Virus record (IMG/VR): IMGVR_UViG_3300006735_006281
Location: 1-55,476 of that record
Origin: a virus
Lineage: Duplodnaviria; Caudoviricetes
Strand: one strand, 5' to 3'
DNA: 55,476 bases
Of this stretch, positions 29,686-39,416 are shown one piece after another. A program made the translations under genes and the position numbers. Below the pieces are notes generated by a model that was not told where the DNA came from, did not search any database, and worked only from the letters and a program-made list of their open reading frames with translations. Position 1 is the stretch's first letter. Every line of letters starts with the position of its first letter.

Positions 29686-32358
29686 ATGGCTTGTAAATGT
29701 ACTCAAACAACATCAAACGCTACTGGAGGAGGAGCGATAACATCAGCACTTAGTGCTTGTACATATCCTTTATGGATAAATCATGTAAGTGGATGTACTG
29801 GTTCCGCATTAGATATACACGTAGGTAACCCAAATGCTAATATTTTATTTAATATTGGACAAGCCACACAAAATAGAACATATGATGTTGATAACATCGG
29901 AATAAATAAACAAGACCCGTTACACACCCTTTCATTATCTGGAACAGTTGATGTAGAAAATTTCATGCATTTTGATGATGTGGGTTACGGATCTAAACTT
30001 ACCACGTCAGGTACTGATCCAGGTTCTAATTCTTCTGTTTATTTAGGATTTGGTGCTGGGAAGACAAGAGCCAACAACGCTAATAGTGCATATAATGTTG
30101 GTATTGGGGCACAAAGTTTAGGTTCTAATGGAGTTCTAAACGCAGCATCTCTTAACGTAGGGATAGGATATGGAACACTTTATAATCTAACCTCAGGTGA
30201 CAATAATACTGCACTTGGATTTGCCTCGGGCCAAGCTTTAACTTCTGGTCAATATAATACTCTTCTTGGTTCCAGTGCTGGTCCTTCTCTTACTACACAA
30301 GATGGAAATGTGTTTATTGGTTATGGACAAGGAAGTCAGTCTACAGAATCTAACACTCTAAGAATTGGTAATAAACCACAAGTGGCTGGAGGCGCGTCTA
30401 GACCATTAATATTAGGAGATTTTTCAACTTCAGCGGCAACAATAAACGGAAATCTTAGAATAACGGATACACCACCTCAATTAAATATTGGATTATTAGG
30501 TGTTGATACCGATGGTTTTATTAAAGAAACTAAAGCTGTACTTAAAGAACAGTTAGTACCACTATCATATGCAAATACAGGGGTATGGACGGCAAACACA
30601 ATTGACGCTGCTGGAGAACCTTTTGGAGATATTGGATATAGGTCGGTTTCAATTTCAGGAGGTACAAATCCAAATGATGATGGAACGACATATTATAGTA
30701 CCCGAGTTGGTATTGGTACAGACAAACCTGAAGTTCCTTTACACATAAAAGGTAAGTATAGTTACTTTTACACCCAATCTGTAGGAGGGGGTGCATCATA
30801 CATCGCATCAATAACAGATTCAACTATCGCTTATTTAGGGGCCGGTGCAGGTGGAGGTGTAAAATCAGGGGCTACAACTTGGCGTTTTCAAGCAACAACT
30901 TCAGACCAATCCATGCCGTATCCCGATGGTGTAGGTAGATTTGTTGGTACGGGATTTTCTCTTTCTGTTTTTTCTAGAGAAGTAGCAGGAGACCCGGCTA
31001 CACAAACAGTTAGAAAACCATTTGCGGTTCTTGGAGATATAAATGAAATAGGTGGTTCAGCTTTAGTTATAAGAGGAGACGCCGCAGGAATTGGACCCGG
31101 TGGTGTTACAAAAGGAGTAGGTATATTTACCCCAACACCAAATAAAGAAGTAACCATTGTTGGTGGTTTAAGTGCCACAGGGGCAATACACTCAACGGAC
31201 TATATTAAAATGAATGGGAATGGGGCCGTTAGGTCTACATATATTGGTTATGGTGCAGGTAGTGGTGGTACAACAGATATTGACAATACTGCGCTTGGGT
31301 ACCAAGCTTTACAAGATCTAAATGGTAGTGGAGCATATGGGAATACTGCAGTTGGTTTTTGGGCAGGTGCTAGTGTTCGAAGTGCTGCTGATTTTAGGAA
31401 TACATTTATCGGTGCTGAGTCAGGAGCTATAGCAGGTGCTGGTGGTGGTGCTGGTAATTCTTTTGATAACACTTTTGTTGGATCCAATACTTACAGAAAT
31501 AATTCTCAAGGATATAGTAATACCGGATTGGGAAGATGGGCAATGTTTTGGCATAATACAGCCCAAATGGGAAATGTCGCTATTGGAGATAGGTCAATGC
31601 AGGCAACTCGTTCAGGTGCTCACAATGTTTCTGTTGGTAAAGACAGTGGAGGTGGTACCACGTGCCAAAATTGGGGACACTCAAACATAAGTATTGGGTC
31701 TTATGTTGGAAACAACTCCGTCAATGGTGATAATAGTGGTAGAGTTTTTATAGGACACGGAGTAGGAACAGCGGCAACACAAGTTAATGATGTAATTGCA
31801 ATTGGGTATAATGCACAACCAAGAAATTATGAGTTTATGATGAATATCGGAAACTCAATATATGGAATGGACAGGTATGGGGCCGGAGCAAGAAAAAATA
31901 TAGGAATAAATAAAATATCAGCACATACTGCTTTAGATGTAGTACACGACCAAATACCTAATATAGGGAATAACGCAGGAGGTGGTTATGATATTGTTAC
32001 TTTTGGGGATGCGGGAGTAGGATTCGAAAAAGGTTTTCTTGTCCAACTAAGAGGAGCTTCTAACTGGGTTAAAGCCGACGCAGATCATACATCACTCCAA
32101 GGAAACTTATTAGGTCTTGCATTAGGTCCTGAAGTTACTGACGGAATTTTATTAAAAGGATATTTCAAAATAGACGCAGCTGATGATGTTGCTGTTGCAT
32201 CGGCAGGTCAACAACTTTATGTTTCAACCAATGAAGGTAAAATAACTGATTCTCTCGCAAGTCACTCTGTTAATGATTATGTAAGAGTTGTAGGTAATAT
32301 GACATCTACTGAAAATGTTATATATTTTAATCCAGATAACACTTTTGTAGTAATATAA
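29686..32358 (+). CDS. Tail fibre / trimeric beta-helix protein
   Basis: Two tracts of N[TV][AG]xG (YadA/Hep-Hag-like) repeats plus VGIGT..P...LHI trimer repeats. Confidence 0.8.
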   Translation: MACKCTQTTSNATGGGAITSALSACTYPLWINHVSGCTGSALDIHVGNPNANILFNIGQATQNRTYDVDNIGINKQDPLHTLSLSGTVDVENFMHFDDVGYGSKLTTSGTDPGSNSSVYLGFGAGKTRANNANSAYNVGIGAQSLGSNGVLNAASLNVGIGYGTLYNLTSGDNNTALGFASGQALTSGQYNTLLGSSAGPSLTTQDGNVFIGYGQGSQSTESNTLRIGNKPQVAGGASRPLILGDFSTSAATINGNLRITDTPPQLNIGLLGVDTDGFIKETKAVLKEQLVPLSYANTGVWTANTIDAAGEPFGDIGYRSVSISGGTNPNDDGTTYYSTRVGIGTDKPEVPLHIKGKYSYFYTQSVGGGASYIASITDSTIAYLGAGAGGGVKSGATTWRFQATTSDQSMPYPDGVGRFVGTGFSLSVFSREVAGDPATQTVRKPFAVLGDINEIGGSALVIRGDAAGIGPGGVTKGVGIFTPTPNKEVTIVGGLSATGAIHSTDYIKMNGNGAVRSTYIGYGAGSGGTTDIDNTALGYQALQDLNGSGAYGNTAVGFWAGASVRSAADFRNTFIGAESGAIAGAGGGAGNSFDNTFVGSNTYRNNSQGYSNTGLGRWAMFWHNTAQMGNVAIGDRSMQATRSGAHNVSVGKDSGGGTTCQNWGHSNISIGSYVGNNSVNGDNSGRVFIGHGVGTAATQVNDVIAIGYNAQPRNYEFMMNIGNSIYGMDRYGAGARKNIGINKISAHTALDVVHDQIPNIGNNAGGGYDIVTFGDAGVGFEKGFLVQLRGASNWVKADADHTSLQGNLLGLALGPEVTDGILLKGYFKIDAADDVAVASAGQQLYVSTNEGKITDSLASHSVNDYVRVVGNMTSTENVIYFNPDNTFVVI

Positions 32359-32359
32359 C

Positions 32360-32917
32360 ATGGGAGTATTAAGATCTTTTTTATGGTCCCCAGCAAACGA
32401 CATTAATGGTACGTTTTGTGGTAGTGTGGCAGATGGGATCGCATATACTAGTAAAGACACAAACTATATATTTCGTGATTCACATGGATATGTCATACCT
32501 AGAGCGGGTATAACTTCGATAAACGGTTTGAATGCAAGTGTATCAGACTGTGACTGGAAAACGGTCCAAGTATTTGGTCCATATTCAAACCAACCTGATG
32601 CTTGTGCTTCAATTGCAAATCGACAAACGATTCTTCTTACTGAAATTACACAAATAGGATATGTTATGCCTATGTCAGGTGAAGTACGTCCAGGGACAGG
32701 ATTACCAGGGGATGAGATGTGGTTCGATGGAAAAGATTTTTATGCGACAAAAGAAAGACCTGTTGGGAATACAAATGACTTTCCTTGGCCCGCAGGTCAC
32801 TATATTATATGGCCAAGAAATGGGGTAGACGCAGGAGGTGATATGTGGCAATATGCTCAGTTTAATGGAATAGGTCAATTTCCAGTGACAATAGGAGTAC
32901 AAGGACAAGGGTGTTAA
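32360..32917 (+). CDS. Hypothetical protein, fibre-associated
   Basis: 185-aa ORF starting 1 nt after the fibre stop. Confidence 0.6.
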   Translation: MGVLRSFLWSPANDINGTFCGSVADGIAYTSKDTNYIFRDSHGYVIPRAGITSINGLNASVSDCDWKTVQVFGPYSNQPDACASIANRQTILLTEITQIGYVMPMSGEVRPGTGLPGDEMWFDGKDFYATKERPVGNTNDFPWPAGHYIIWPRNGVDAGGDMWQYAQFNGIGQFPVTIGVQGQGC

Positions 32918-32957
32918 TAGAAGTACCTTTTTAGTTTTATTTTTCAAAAAATTTTAT

Positions 32958-32965
32958 TATATTTG
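32958..32965 (+). promoter_or_regulatory. Bacteroidota-type -7 promoter element (TAnnTTTG) upstream of DNA polymerase
   Basis: TATATTTG ends 24 nt before the ATG; a single instance in AT-rich DNA. Confidence 0.4.
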
Positions 32966-32989
32966 TTGTAAATTTTAATACAAAACTTT

Positions 32990-35716
32990 ATGCCAATAAA
33001 ACACGATAAAATACCACATATTGACCAAGAAACAATTTCAGCCTTTCTTGAGGGTAGAGATCCACAACAATATATTACCGCTCTTGAATACGAAGCCGCT
33101 AGTAATTACATACATTTAGTTATTGACGACCCAAATAAAGGAAAGTTTACCACAAGAAAAAAATTAAAACCTTTTCTTTGGTGTAAAGAAGACGTTTTTA
33201 CTTCTGAACAAATTAATTTTTACGGAAGAGATAAAAGAAGAATTAGAAACGCTATGAAACAATTTGGTATTAAGATGAAAAAGTTAAATACTGTGGGAGA
33301 TAGTAGACTAGAGAATGGGTTTAAGTACTTAGTATATACAAACCAAGGTTTTTACACCCTATTAAAGTTTTTTGGTGATGGTGGAATACAACCCTACAAA
33401 AACAGAGAGTATTTTGAATTAATTTCACCGGTTGAACAATACATGATATCGACAGGTAAAAGATTGTTTAAGGGTTTTGAAAATTATGAAGATGTTCATA
33501 GAATGGTTTTTGATATTGAAACTACGTCTCTTGAACCATCGGATGGTACTATATTCTCTATTGGTATTAAAGATAATAGAGGATTTGAGGTTGTTTTGGA
33601 TGCCAATAATGAGGATGAGGAAAAAGAAATGATTATAAACTTTTTTAAGGTTATTGATTATGTTAGACCTTCTATTATTGGAGGATATAATTCAGAAAAT
33701 TTTGATTGGTACTGGATTGTGTCTAGATGTGAAATGTTAGGACTAGACATAAAAGAAATAGCTAAGACTTTGGACCCTAAGAAAAAATCTAAATTTAGAA
33801 GAAGGGAGAATATCTTAAAGTTGGCTAATGAAGTAGAAAAGTTTGAACAAACAAGTATGTGGGGTTATAATATTATAGATGTGATCCATTCAGTTAGAAG
33901 AGCAATGGCAATTAACTCTAATATTAAATCAGCCGGTCTAAAATATATTTGTAAACAACAAAGAATTGCTAAAGATAATAGGGTTTATGTTGACCATGAT
34001 AGAATAGCTAAATTAAGATTTGATAAAAATCCTTATTGGATTAATATATCTACCGGTGAGTGGTCCGAATCTTCAGAAGAAAAAATTCCGGAAGGTTGGG
34101 AGGAAATCACAGGTAAGGAAATAGTGGAAAAGTATCTATTAGATGATATTTGGGAAACTTTAGAGGTTGATAATAGTTTCAATCAGTCCTCTTTCTTGAT
34201 GGCAAAAATATTACCAACAATATACGAACGTGTATCAACAATGGGAACTGCGTCTATATGGAAATTATTAATGTTATCTTGGTCTTATGAAAACAGTATT
34301 GCAATCCCAGAAAAAGGAGAAAAAAGAAGTTTTACTGGTGGGTTGTCTAGAATACTTAAGGTTGGATATTCAAAAGATATAGTTAAATTAGATTATGCCT
34401 CACTTTATCCGTCAATCATGATTACTCATGGTGTTTATCCAGAATGTGATGTTTCAGGAGCAATGCACGCTATGTTACAATATCTATATGACACTAGAAA
34501 TAAATACAAATACATGGCTAACGAATGGGCAGAAAAAGGTGATAAGAAAAAGGCTTCGTTTTTCAAAGCTAAACAATTACCAATTAAAATTATTAATAAT
34601 TCTATGTATGGTTCACTAACAGCACCACAAGTTTTTAACTGGGGAGATGTTATGAAAGGAGAAGAAGTTACTTGTACTGCTAGGATGTATCTTAGATTAT
34701 TAGTTAGGTTTTTTGAAAATAGGGGGTTTATACCTCTTGTATTAGATACTGATGGATGTAATTTTAGTGTACCGGAGTCAACAAAAAAATATACTTATGT
34801 AGGAAAAGGAATACATCATTTTGTAAAAGAGGGTAAGGAGTATAGTGGTACACCCGCAGTGGTTGCTGAGTTTAATGACACATATATGAGAGGTGTTATG
34901 GGGTTAGACATAGATGGTTTTTGGAAATCCTCAATAAACGTATCTCGTAAAAATTACGCTGATTTAACAGAGGATGGTAAAGTAGATATTGTTGGAAACA
35001 CAATTAAATCTAAGGCCCTACCAGATTACATTAAGGAGTTTATTGATAATGGTTTGGAGATGTTATTAAATGGTAAAGGACCAGAGTTTATAGAATACTA
35101 CTATGAACATTTACAAAATATCTATGATTGTAAAATACCACTTAGTAAGATAGCATCTAAATCCAGAGTTAAAAGAACAGTTAAATCCTACATTAATAGA
35201 GGTAACAATAAAGCCGGAAATCCTCTTCCTTCACAAGCACATATGGAATTAATTATAAAGAACAATCTTAGAGTTAGTTTAGGTGATACGATTTTCTATG
35301 TAAACAATGGTACTAGGGCGTCTCATGGGGACATACAAAAGAAAAAAGGAGAATTAACTTTTAATTGTTATCTGTTAGATAAAGACCAAATGGAAAAAAA
35401 TCCCACATTATTAGGAGAGTATAATAAAGCTAGATACATATCCAATTTTAATAAAAGAGTTAAACCGTTGTTGGTTTCTTTTGAACCAGCGATAAGAGAT
35501 AATGTATTAAAGGCGGTAGATAAAAAAGGTTTATTAGAACCAAGAGAATATTATACCAAAACACAAATGTCACTAATATCTGGAATTCCTTTTGCAGAAA
35601 AAGACCAAGATACTATGGAGGATTTGATGAAAATGGATGAAAGAGAAGTAGTGTTTTGGTCAGATATTAAAAGTTCCCCTAAAGAACACCTAATGTCGGT
35701 TTTAGAGATAAAATAG
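32990..35716 (+). CDS. polB: DNA polymerase family B
   Basis: FDIETT (ExoI), GYNSENFDW (ExoII), LDYASLYPSIM (motif A), K-x3-NSMYG (motif B), LDTDG (motif C), KNYA. Confidence 0.96.
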   Translation: MPIKHDKIPHIDQETISAFLEGRDPQQYITALEYEAASNYIHLVIDDPNKGKFTTRKKLKPFLWCKEDVFTSEQINFYGRDKRRIRNAMKQFGIKMKKLNTVGDSRLENGFKYLVYTNQGFYTLLKFFGDGGIQPYKNREYFELISPVEQYMISTGKRLFKGFENYEDVHRMVFDIETTSLEPSDGTIFSIGIKDNRGFEVVLDANNEDEEKEMIINFFKVIDYVRPSIIGGYNSENFDWYWIVSRCEMLGLDIKEIAKTLDPKKKSKFRRRENILKLANEVEKFEQTSMWGYNIIDVIHSVRRAMAINSNIKSAGLKYICKQQRIAKDNRVYVDHDRIAKLRFDKNPYWINISTGEWSESSEEKIPEGWEEITGKEIVEKYLLDDIWETLEVDNSFNQSSFLMAKILPTIYERVSTMGTASIWKLLMLSWSYENSIAIPEKGEKRSFTGGLSRILKVGYSKDIVKLDYASLYPSIMITHGVYPECDVSGAMHAMLQYLYDTRNKYKYMANEWAEKGDKKKASFFKAKQLPIKIINNSMYGSLTAPQVFNWGDVMKGEEVTCTARMYLRLLVRFFENRGFIPLVLDTDGCNFSVPESTKKYTYVGKGIHHFVKEGKEYSGTPAVVAEFNDTYMRGVMGLDIDGFWKSSINVSRKNYADLTEDGKVDIVGNTIKSKALPDYIKEFIDNGLEMLLNGKGPEFIEYYYEHLQNIYDCKIPLSKIASKSRVKRTVKSYINRGNNKAGNPLPSQAHMELIIKNNLRVSLGDTIFYVNNGTRASHGDIQKKKGELTFNCYLLDKDQMEKNPTLLGEYNKARYISNFNKRVKPLLVSFEPAIRDNVLKAVDKKGLLEPREYYTKTQMSLISGIPFAEKDQDTMEDLMKMDEREVVFWSDIKSSPKEHLMSVLEIK

Positions 35717-35781
35717 ACAATTCAAGATAAAATCCTAAACGTTTTATTATGGTTTGATATTTATAGTATAAAACAGATACT

Positions 35782-36366
35782 ATGAAAAAGAAAAACTTAG
35801 AGGAGTTGATAGATTCGACTGGAAGTATAATTTCAGGTGACTACACTATTAATCATGATTTTGGTAGTGACAAAACTTCTGATCAATACGAAAAACTTAC
35901 TAGACAAGGAGCTTCTAATTTTTATGGTTATCTTAGATGGTGGGGAGAAGATGATGAAAACAAACCGTATTCAAAACTAGCAGATAAACTACAACACAAT
36001 CCAAGAAAATTTTATGAAATTCTAAAAAAGAACAATAAACAAAGTTCTTTTGAGGATTATTTTGCTAAAGATAAGATGCAGGAATCTGAAGAACTAATGA
36101 AAGATATGTTGGAGGATATAGTTAAAAGTGGTCCATATAATGATATTATTCCTAATAATGAAGAAACTAATATAATGAGTTTATCAGAATATTCGGATGA
36201 GGACCCTATATTAGTTAAGTGGGTAATGTTAGTTAAAGAATTATGGAATGAAAGAGAAAACAATGAAAGGTTAATAATTTTTAATGATTTAATTAATGAT
36301 ATTGATTTTACTTCGGTTCCACAAAATATAAAAGATGAGTTAACAAGAATGATAAATGGCGAATAG
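35782..36366 (+). CDS. Hypothetical protein (late)
   Basis: 194-aa ORF after TATTTATA at 35758-35765. Confidence 0.65.
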   Translation: MKKKNLEELIDSTGSIISGDYTINHDFGSDKTSDQYEKLTRQGASNFYGYLRWWGEDDENKPYSKLADKLQHNPRKFYEILKKNNKQSSFEDYFAKDKMQESEELMKDMLEDIVKSGPYNDIIPNNEETNIMSLSEYSDEDPILVKWVMLVKELWNERENNERLIIFNDLINDIDFTSVPQNIKDELTRMINGE

Positions 36367-36832
36367 TGATCTTTATGGAAATAAATGGACTGTACCTAAT
36401 AATGTCATTAATTCATTAAACTCGGAATTAAAAAGAAATGATAAAAATATAAAGGGTTATAAAAGAGCTCAAAATATTGTTTCGGATAAAACTATGACTT
36501 ATTCTATGTTAAAAAGGATGAAAAATTTTTTTGATTCTTTTTCTGGAAATAAAACCGATAGAGAATATTTAATAGCGGGGGGTGAGTCAATGGAAAAGTG
36601 GGTAAACTCAACTCTAGAAAAATCTAGAGGAAGTGTTACCAGAGAAAAAAGGTCTAAGGCCGACGCTGGTATGAAAAATCAATTCAAAAAAACCCACACC
36701 AAAGACAGAGACAATAAAAATGTAACAAAAAGTAATGTGGCGAGAATAACTGGTAATTCTCGTGATATAATGAATAATAGGGCAATATATAAAGAAATGA
36801 CCACAATAATAAATAAATTAATTAAAGAATAG
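36356..36832 (+). CDS. Hypothetical basic protein
   Basis: 158-aa ORF overlapping the previous gene. Confidence 0.65.
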   Translation: MANSDLYGNKWTVPNNVINSLNSELKRNDKNIKGYKRAQNIVSDKTMTYSMLKRMKNFFDSFSGNKTDREYLIAGGESMEKWVNSTLEKSRGSVTREKRSKADAGMKNQFKKTHTKDRDNKNVTKSNVARITGNSRDIMNNRAIYKEMTTIINKLIKE

Positions 36833-36836
36833 AATT

Positions 36837-37172
36837 ATGGCACAAACATTAGATGAAGTAGCAAACGCAAAAAGAGACGAAGCGTTCGCATTAAATCAAA
36901 GTAAATTTGGTTACGACGAAACAGTAGCTTATAGCTACAACCACCCAAATGCACAAGCAGATGGAGATGCGAAAGGTAGAGGAAACTCTAATTTTGCAGG
37001 TGGTGCGGTTGGTGGATATGCAGCACCTTCAGATGCACAAGTTGGTACAAGTATAGATGTAGAAAAAAGAGATGAGGCTATCTCATACAATGGAACATTA
37101 ACTGGAATGTCTCCTGAAACACCTTATACTGGTCCAGAATTATCTGAATATCCATATCAGTCTAACCCTTAA
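36837..37172 (+). CDS. Hypothetical protein with duplicated KRDEA motif
   Basis: 111-aa ORF within the operon. Confidence 0.65.
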   Translation: MAQTLDEVANAKRDEAFALNQSKFGYDETVAYSYNHPNAQADGDAKGRGNSNFAGGAVGGYAAPSDAQVGTSIDVEKRDEAISYNGTLTGMSPETPYTGPELSEYPYQSNP

Positions 37173-37184
37173 AACTAATAAATA

Positions 37185-37553
37185 ATGAAGTTAACTTCTG
37201 TATTTAAGGATATAATCTTAGAGGCGGTAAATAGAAATCAAATAATTTCCGCAATAAACAATCGTAATGTGTGTACAATATATTATGAGGGGGACACAAT
37301 TTCCAATCCTGGTTATAGAGAAATAGAACCTTACGTTTACGGATTATCAAAAAGAGAAAATCCGGTAGTTAGGGCGTATCAGTTAGAGGGTAAAACAGAT
37401 TCCCCAGAAAATATGCCTGGTTGGAGATTATTTAGAGTGGACAGAATGGTTGACTTTGTGAATAGTGGTGATATATTTAATGAAGCAAAACCTTTATATA
37501 ACCCTAGTGGAGATAAGGATATGACAAGAATATACGCACAAGCAAAATTTTAA
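37185..37553 (+). CDS. Stand-alone WYL-domain protein
   Basis: IISAINNR...IYY...REIEPY.YG...RAYQ...WRLFRVDRM; no HTH domain. Confidence 0.85.
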   Translation: MKLTSVFKDIILEAVNRNQIISAINNRNVCTIYYEGDTISNPGYREIEPYVYGLSKRENPVVRAYQLEGKTDSPENMPGWRLFRVDRMVDFVNSGDIFNEAKPLYNPSGDKDMTRIYAQAKF

Positions 37554-37555
37554 TT

Positions 37556-38143
37556 ATGGCAGAAGCACCAGTAGATATAAGACAATTAGCAGGAATTCTA
37601 AATAAATCTAAATCAGTATTAGATAAAGTAGAATCACAAATGGGCCCAAGTGGAAACGGAGGAGAGTATTCCCAAAGGGGTATTAATGAAAATAATGCAC
37701 CTTTACCATCAGGTATGATTGACTCTTCACAAATGTTAACAAGTTTACCTCCAGGAGCCGCTCCTAAAATGACAAGTGACCCAACACAACCTATAAGAAG
37801 AACTCTTAAAAACGCAAAAACAACTAGAATGCCAAAAGAGATAGTAGAGGCTATGATTAATAACACTGTGGCTGACCCAACTAATAACACCGCTGATTTA
37901 GATCCAGAATTAGTAAAAATGATTAATCCAAACTCTGGAAATAAAAAAGAAGTTATACAAGAAAGGGTTGAGCAACCTCAAATTAATACATCAAATACAC
38001 AAGAACTTAAAACTTTAATTAGAGAAGTTGTTGAAGAAATTATTGTTGAAAGGAAAGTTGATGAACAGGTACAAATACGTGTCGGTGATACTATCTTCAC
38101 GGGAAAAATAACAAAATCTAAATCTATAAACAAAAAATCTTAA
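37556..38143 (+). CDS. Hypothetical protein
   Basis: 195-aa ORF within the operon. Confidence 0.65.
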   Translation: MAEAPVDIRQLAGILNKSKSVLDKVESQMGPSGNGGEYSQRGINENNAPLPSGMIDSSQMLTSLPPGAAPKMTSDPTQPIRRTLKNAKTTRMPKEIVEAMINNTVADPTNNTADLDPELVKMINPNSGNKKEVIQERVEQPQINTSNTQELKTLIREVVEEIIVERKVDEQVQIRVGDTIFTGKITKSKSINKKS

Positions 38144-38145
38144 TT

Positions 38146-38223
38146 ATGGAAAATTCTTGTAAAGGAAAAAAAGGTGGATGTTTGGCAACTAGTGATACAG
38201 GTAGTACCGCTTCAGAAAAATAG
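38146..38223 (+). CDS. Possible 25-aa peptide MENSCKGKKGGCLATSDTGSTASEK
   Basis: Starts 2 nt after the upstream stop in the same TAATTATG context as 37556; too short for the ORF track. Confidence 0.4.
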   Translation: MENSCKGKKGGCLATSDTGSTASEK

Positions 38224-38288
38224 AAAACCCTAACTTATACATCCGTTTTATTATATTCTTAATATTTATATAAAAAGAATATACCACT

Positions 38289-39410
38289 ATGGCAACAAAT
38301 ATTACTCCGGATGATAGAACCGACTTATTTACTAAAACTAGACATAGATTAGGGGCTCCAGTTAGAAAAGTAGAAGTAACTAATGACCAATTGGACACAC
38401 TCCTCTCAATTGCAGTTGAAGACTATGTACAGTACCAATACGAGTGGTTAGTGGACAATCAATGGCCGTCATTAATTGGTTTAGATGTTAGTGAAACTGA
38501 TACCGCGATAAACTTAACAACAAGAGATTTCGATTACGAAACTCAATTTACATACGCTTACTCCAAAGCGGTAGGATTACAATCAAGAGGTCCTTGGGAA
38601 CTTAAAACTGATTTTGTCGAATTAGTATCCAATCAACAACAATACTTAATACCAGCAAATCGAGAACTTAATGAAGTTTTATGGTTTACACCACCTAGTT
38701 TGGACCAAGCGGTTATCGACCCATTTATGGGAATTGGTGGGGCTTTTGGTGCAGGATTTGGTGGAGAAGGTGGTTTGGCACAATTTGGTATGGGTTCTTA
38801 TTACGTAATGCCAGCTTTTGATGTGTTATTAAGACAGTCTGATAGAAATCTAAAAAATAGACTTATTAGAGGTGATTTAACTTATAAGGTTACTGCAGCT
38901 CCAAGTGGACAACGATATCTTTGGATCATGCCAGTTCCTGGGGGGTCTTATGATTATGGAAACACTTCATTATATAAAGGAAAAGTATGGTATAGATATT
39001 ATGAGATTGTACCAGAAAATGAGGAACAGGACAGGGAAGCTTGTTTACAAGCAAACACTGATGTAATTAAACTACCATCAGATGTTCCATTAGATTCAAT
39101 TGATTATTCGTCATTAAACTTACCTTCTAAGATTTGGGTTCGTAGATATCTTTTAGGGTTAGCAAAAGAAACCTTAGGACGTATTAGAGGTAAATTTTCA
39201 GGATCATTAGACGTACCAGGTGCAGAAGTTTCTATGGATTACCAATCTTTATTAGATGAAGGTAAGGATGAACAGTCTAAACTTATTGAGGAACTTGGGG
39301 AAAGATTAACAAGTATGAGTAACTTTGGACAAACGGAACAAAGAGCAAGTGAGGCTGAATCGATAAATAAATCTCTACAATACAGACCACTGGGTATGTA
39401 TGTAATATAG
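38289..39410 (+). CDS. gp13: Neck protein, T4 gp13-like
   Basis: RLGAPVRKVEVT..Q and W.RRY.L.LAKETLGRIRGKF...PG....D...LL.EG. Confidence 0.85.
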   Translation: MATNITPDDRTDLFTKTRHRLGAPVRKVEVTNDQLDTLLSIAVEDYVQYQYEWLVDNQWPSLIGLDVSETDTAINLTTRDFDYETQFTYAYSKAVGLQSRGPWELKTDFVELVSNQQQYLIPANRELNEVLWFTPPSLDQAVIDPFMGIGGAFGAGFGGEGGLAQFGMGSYYVMPAFDVLLRQSDRNLKNRLIRGDLTYKVTAAPSGQRYLWIMPVPGGSYDYGNTSLYKGKVWYRYYEIVPENEEQDREACLQANTDVIKLPSDVPLDSIDYSSLNLPSKIWVRRYLLGLAKETLGRIRGKFSGSLDVPGAEVSMDYQSLLDEGKDEQSKLIEELGERLTSMSNFGQTEQRASEAESINKSLQYRPLGMYVI

Positions 39411-39416
39411 TTTCTT

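Noticed and set aside
30040-31860. N-T-A-x-G repeats in the fibre as a DNA repeat or adhesin island
   Set aside because: These are ordinary protein-level beta-helix repeats of trimeric fibres.
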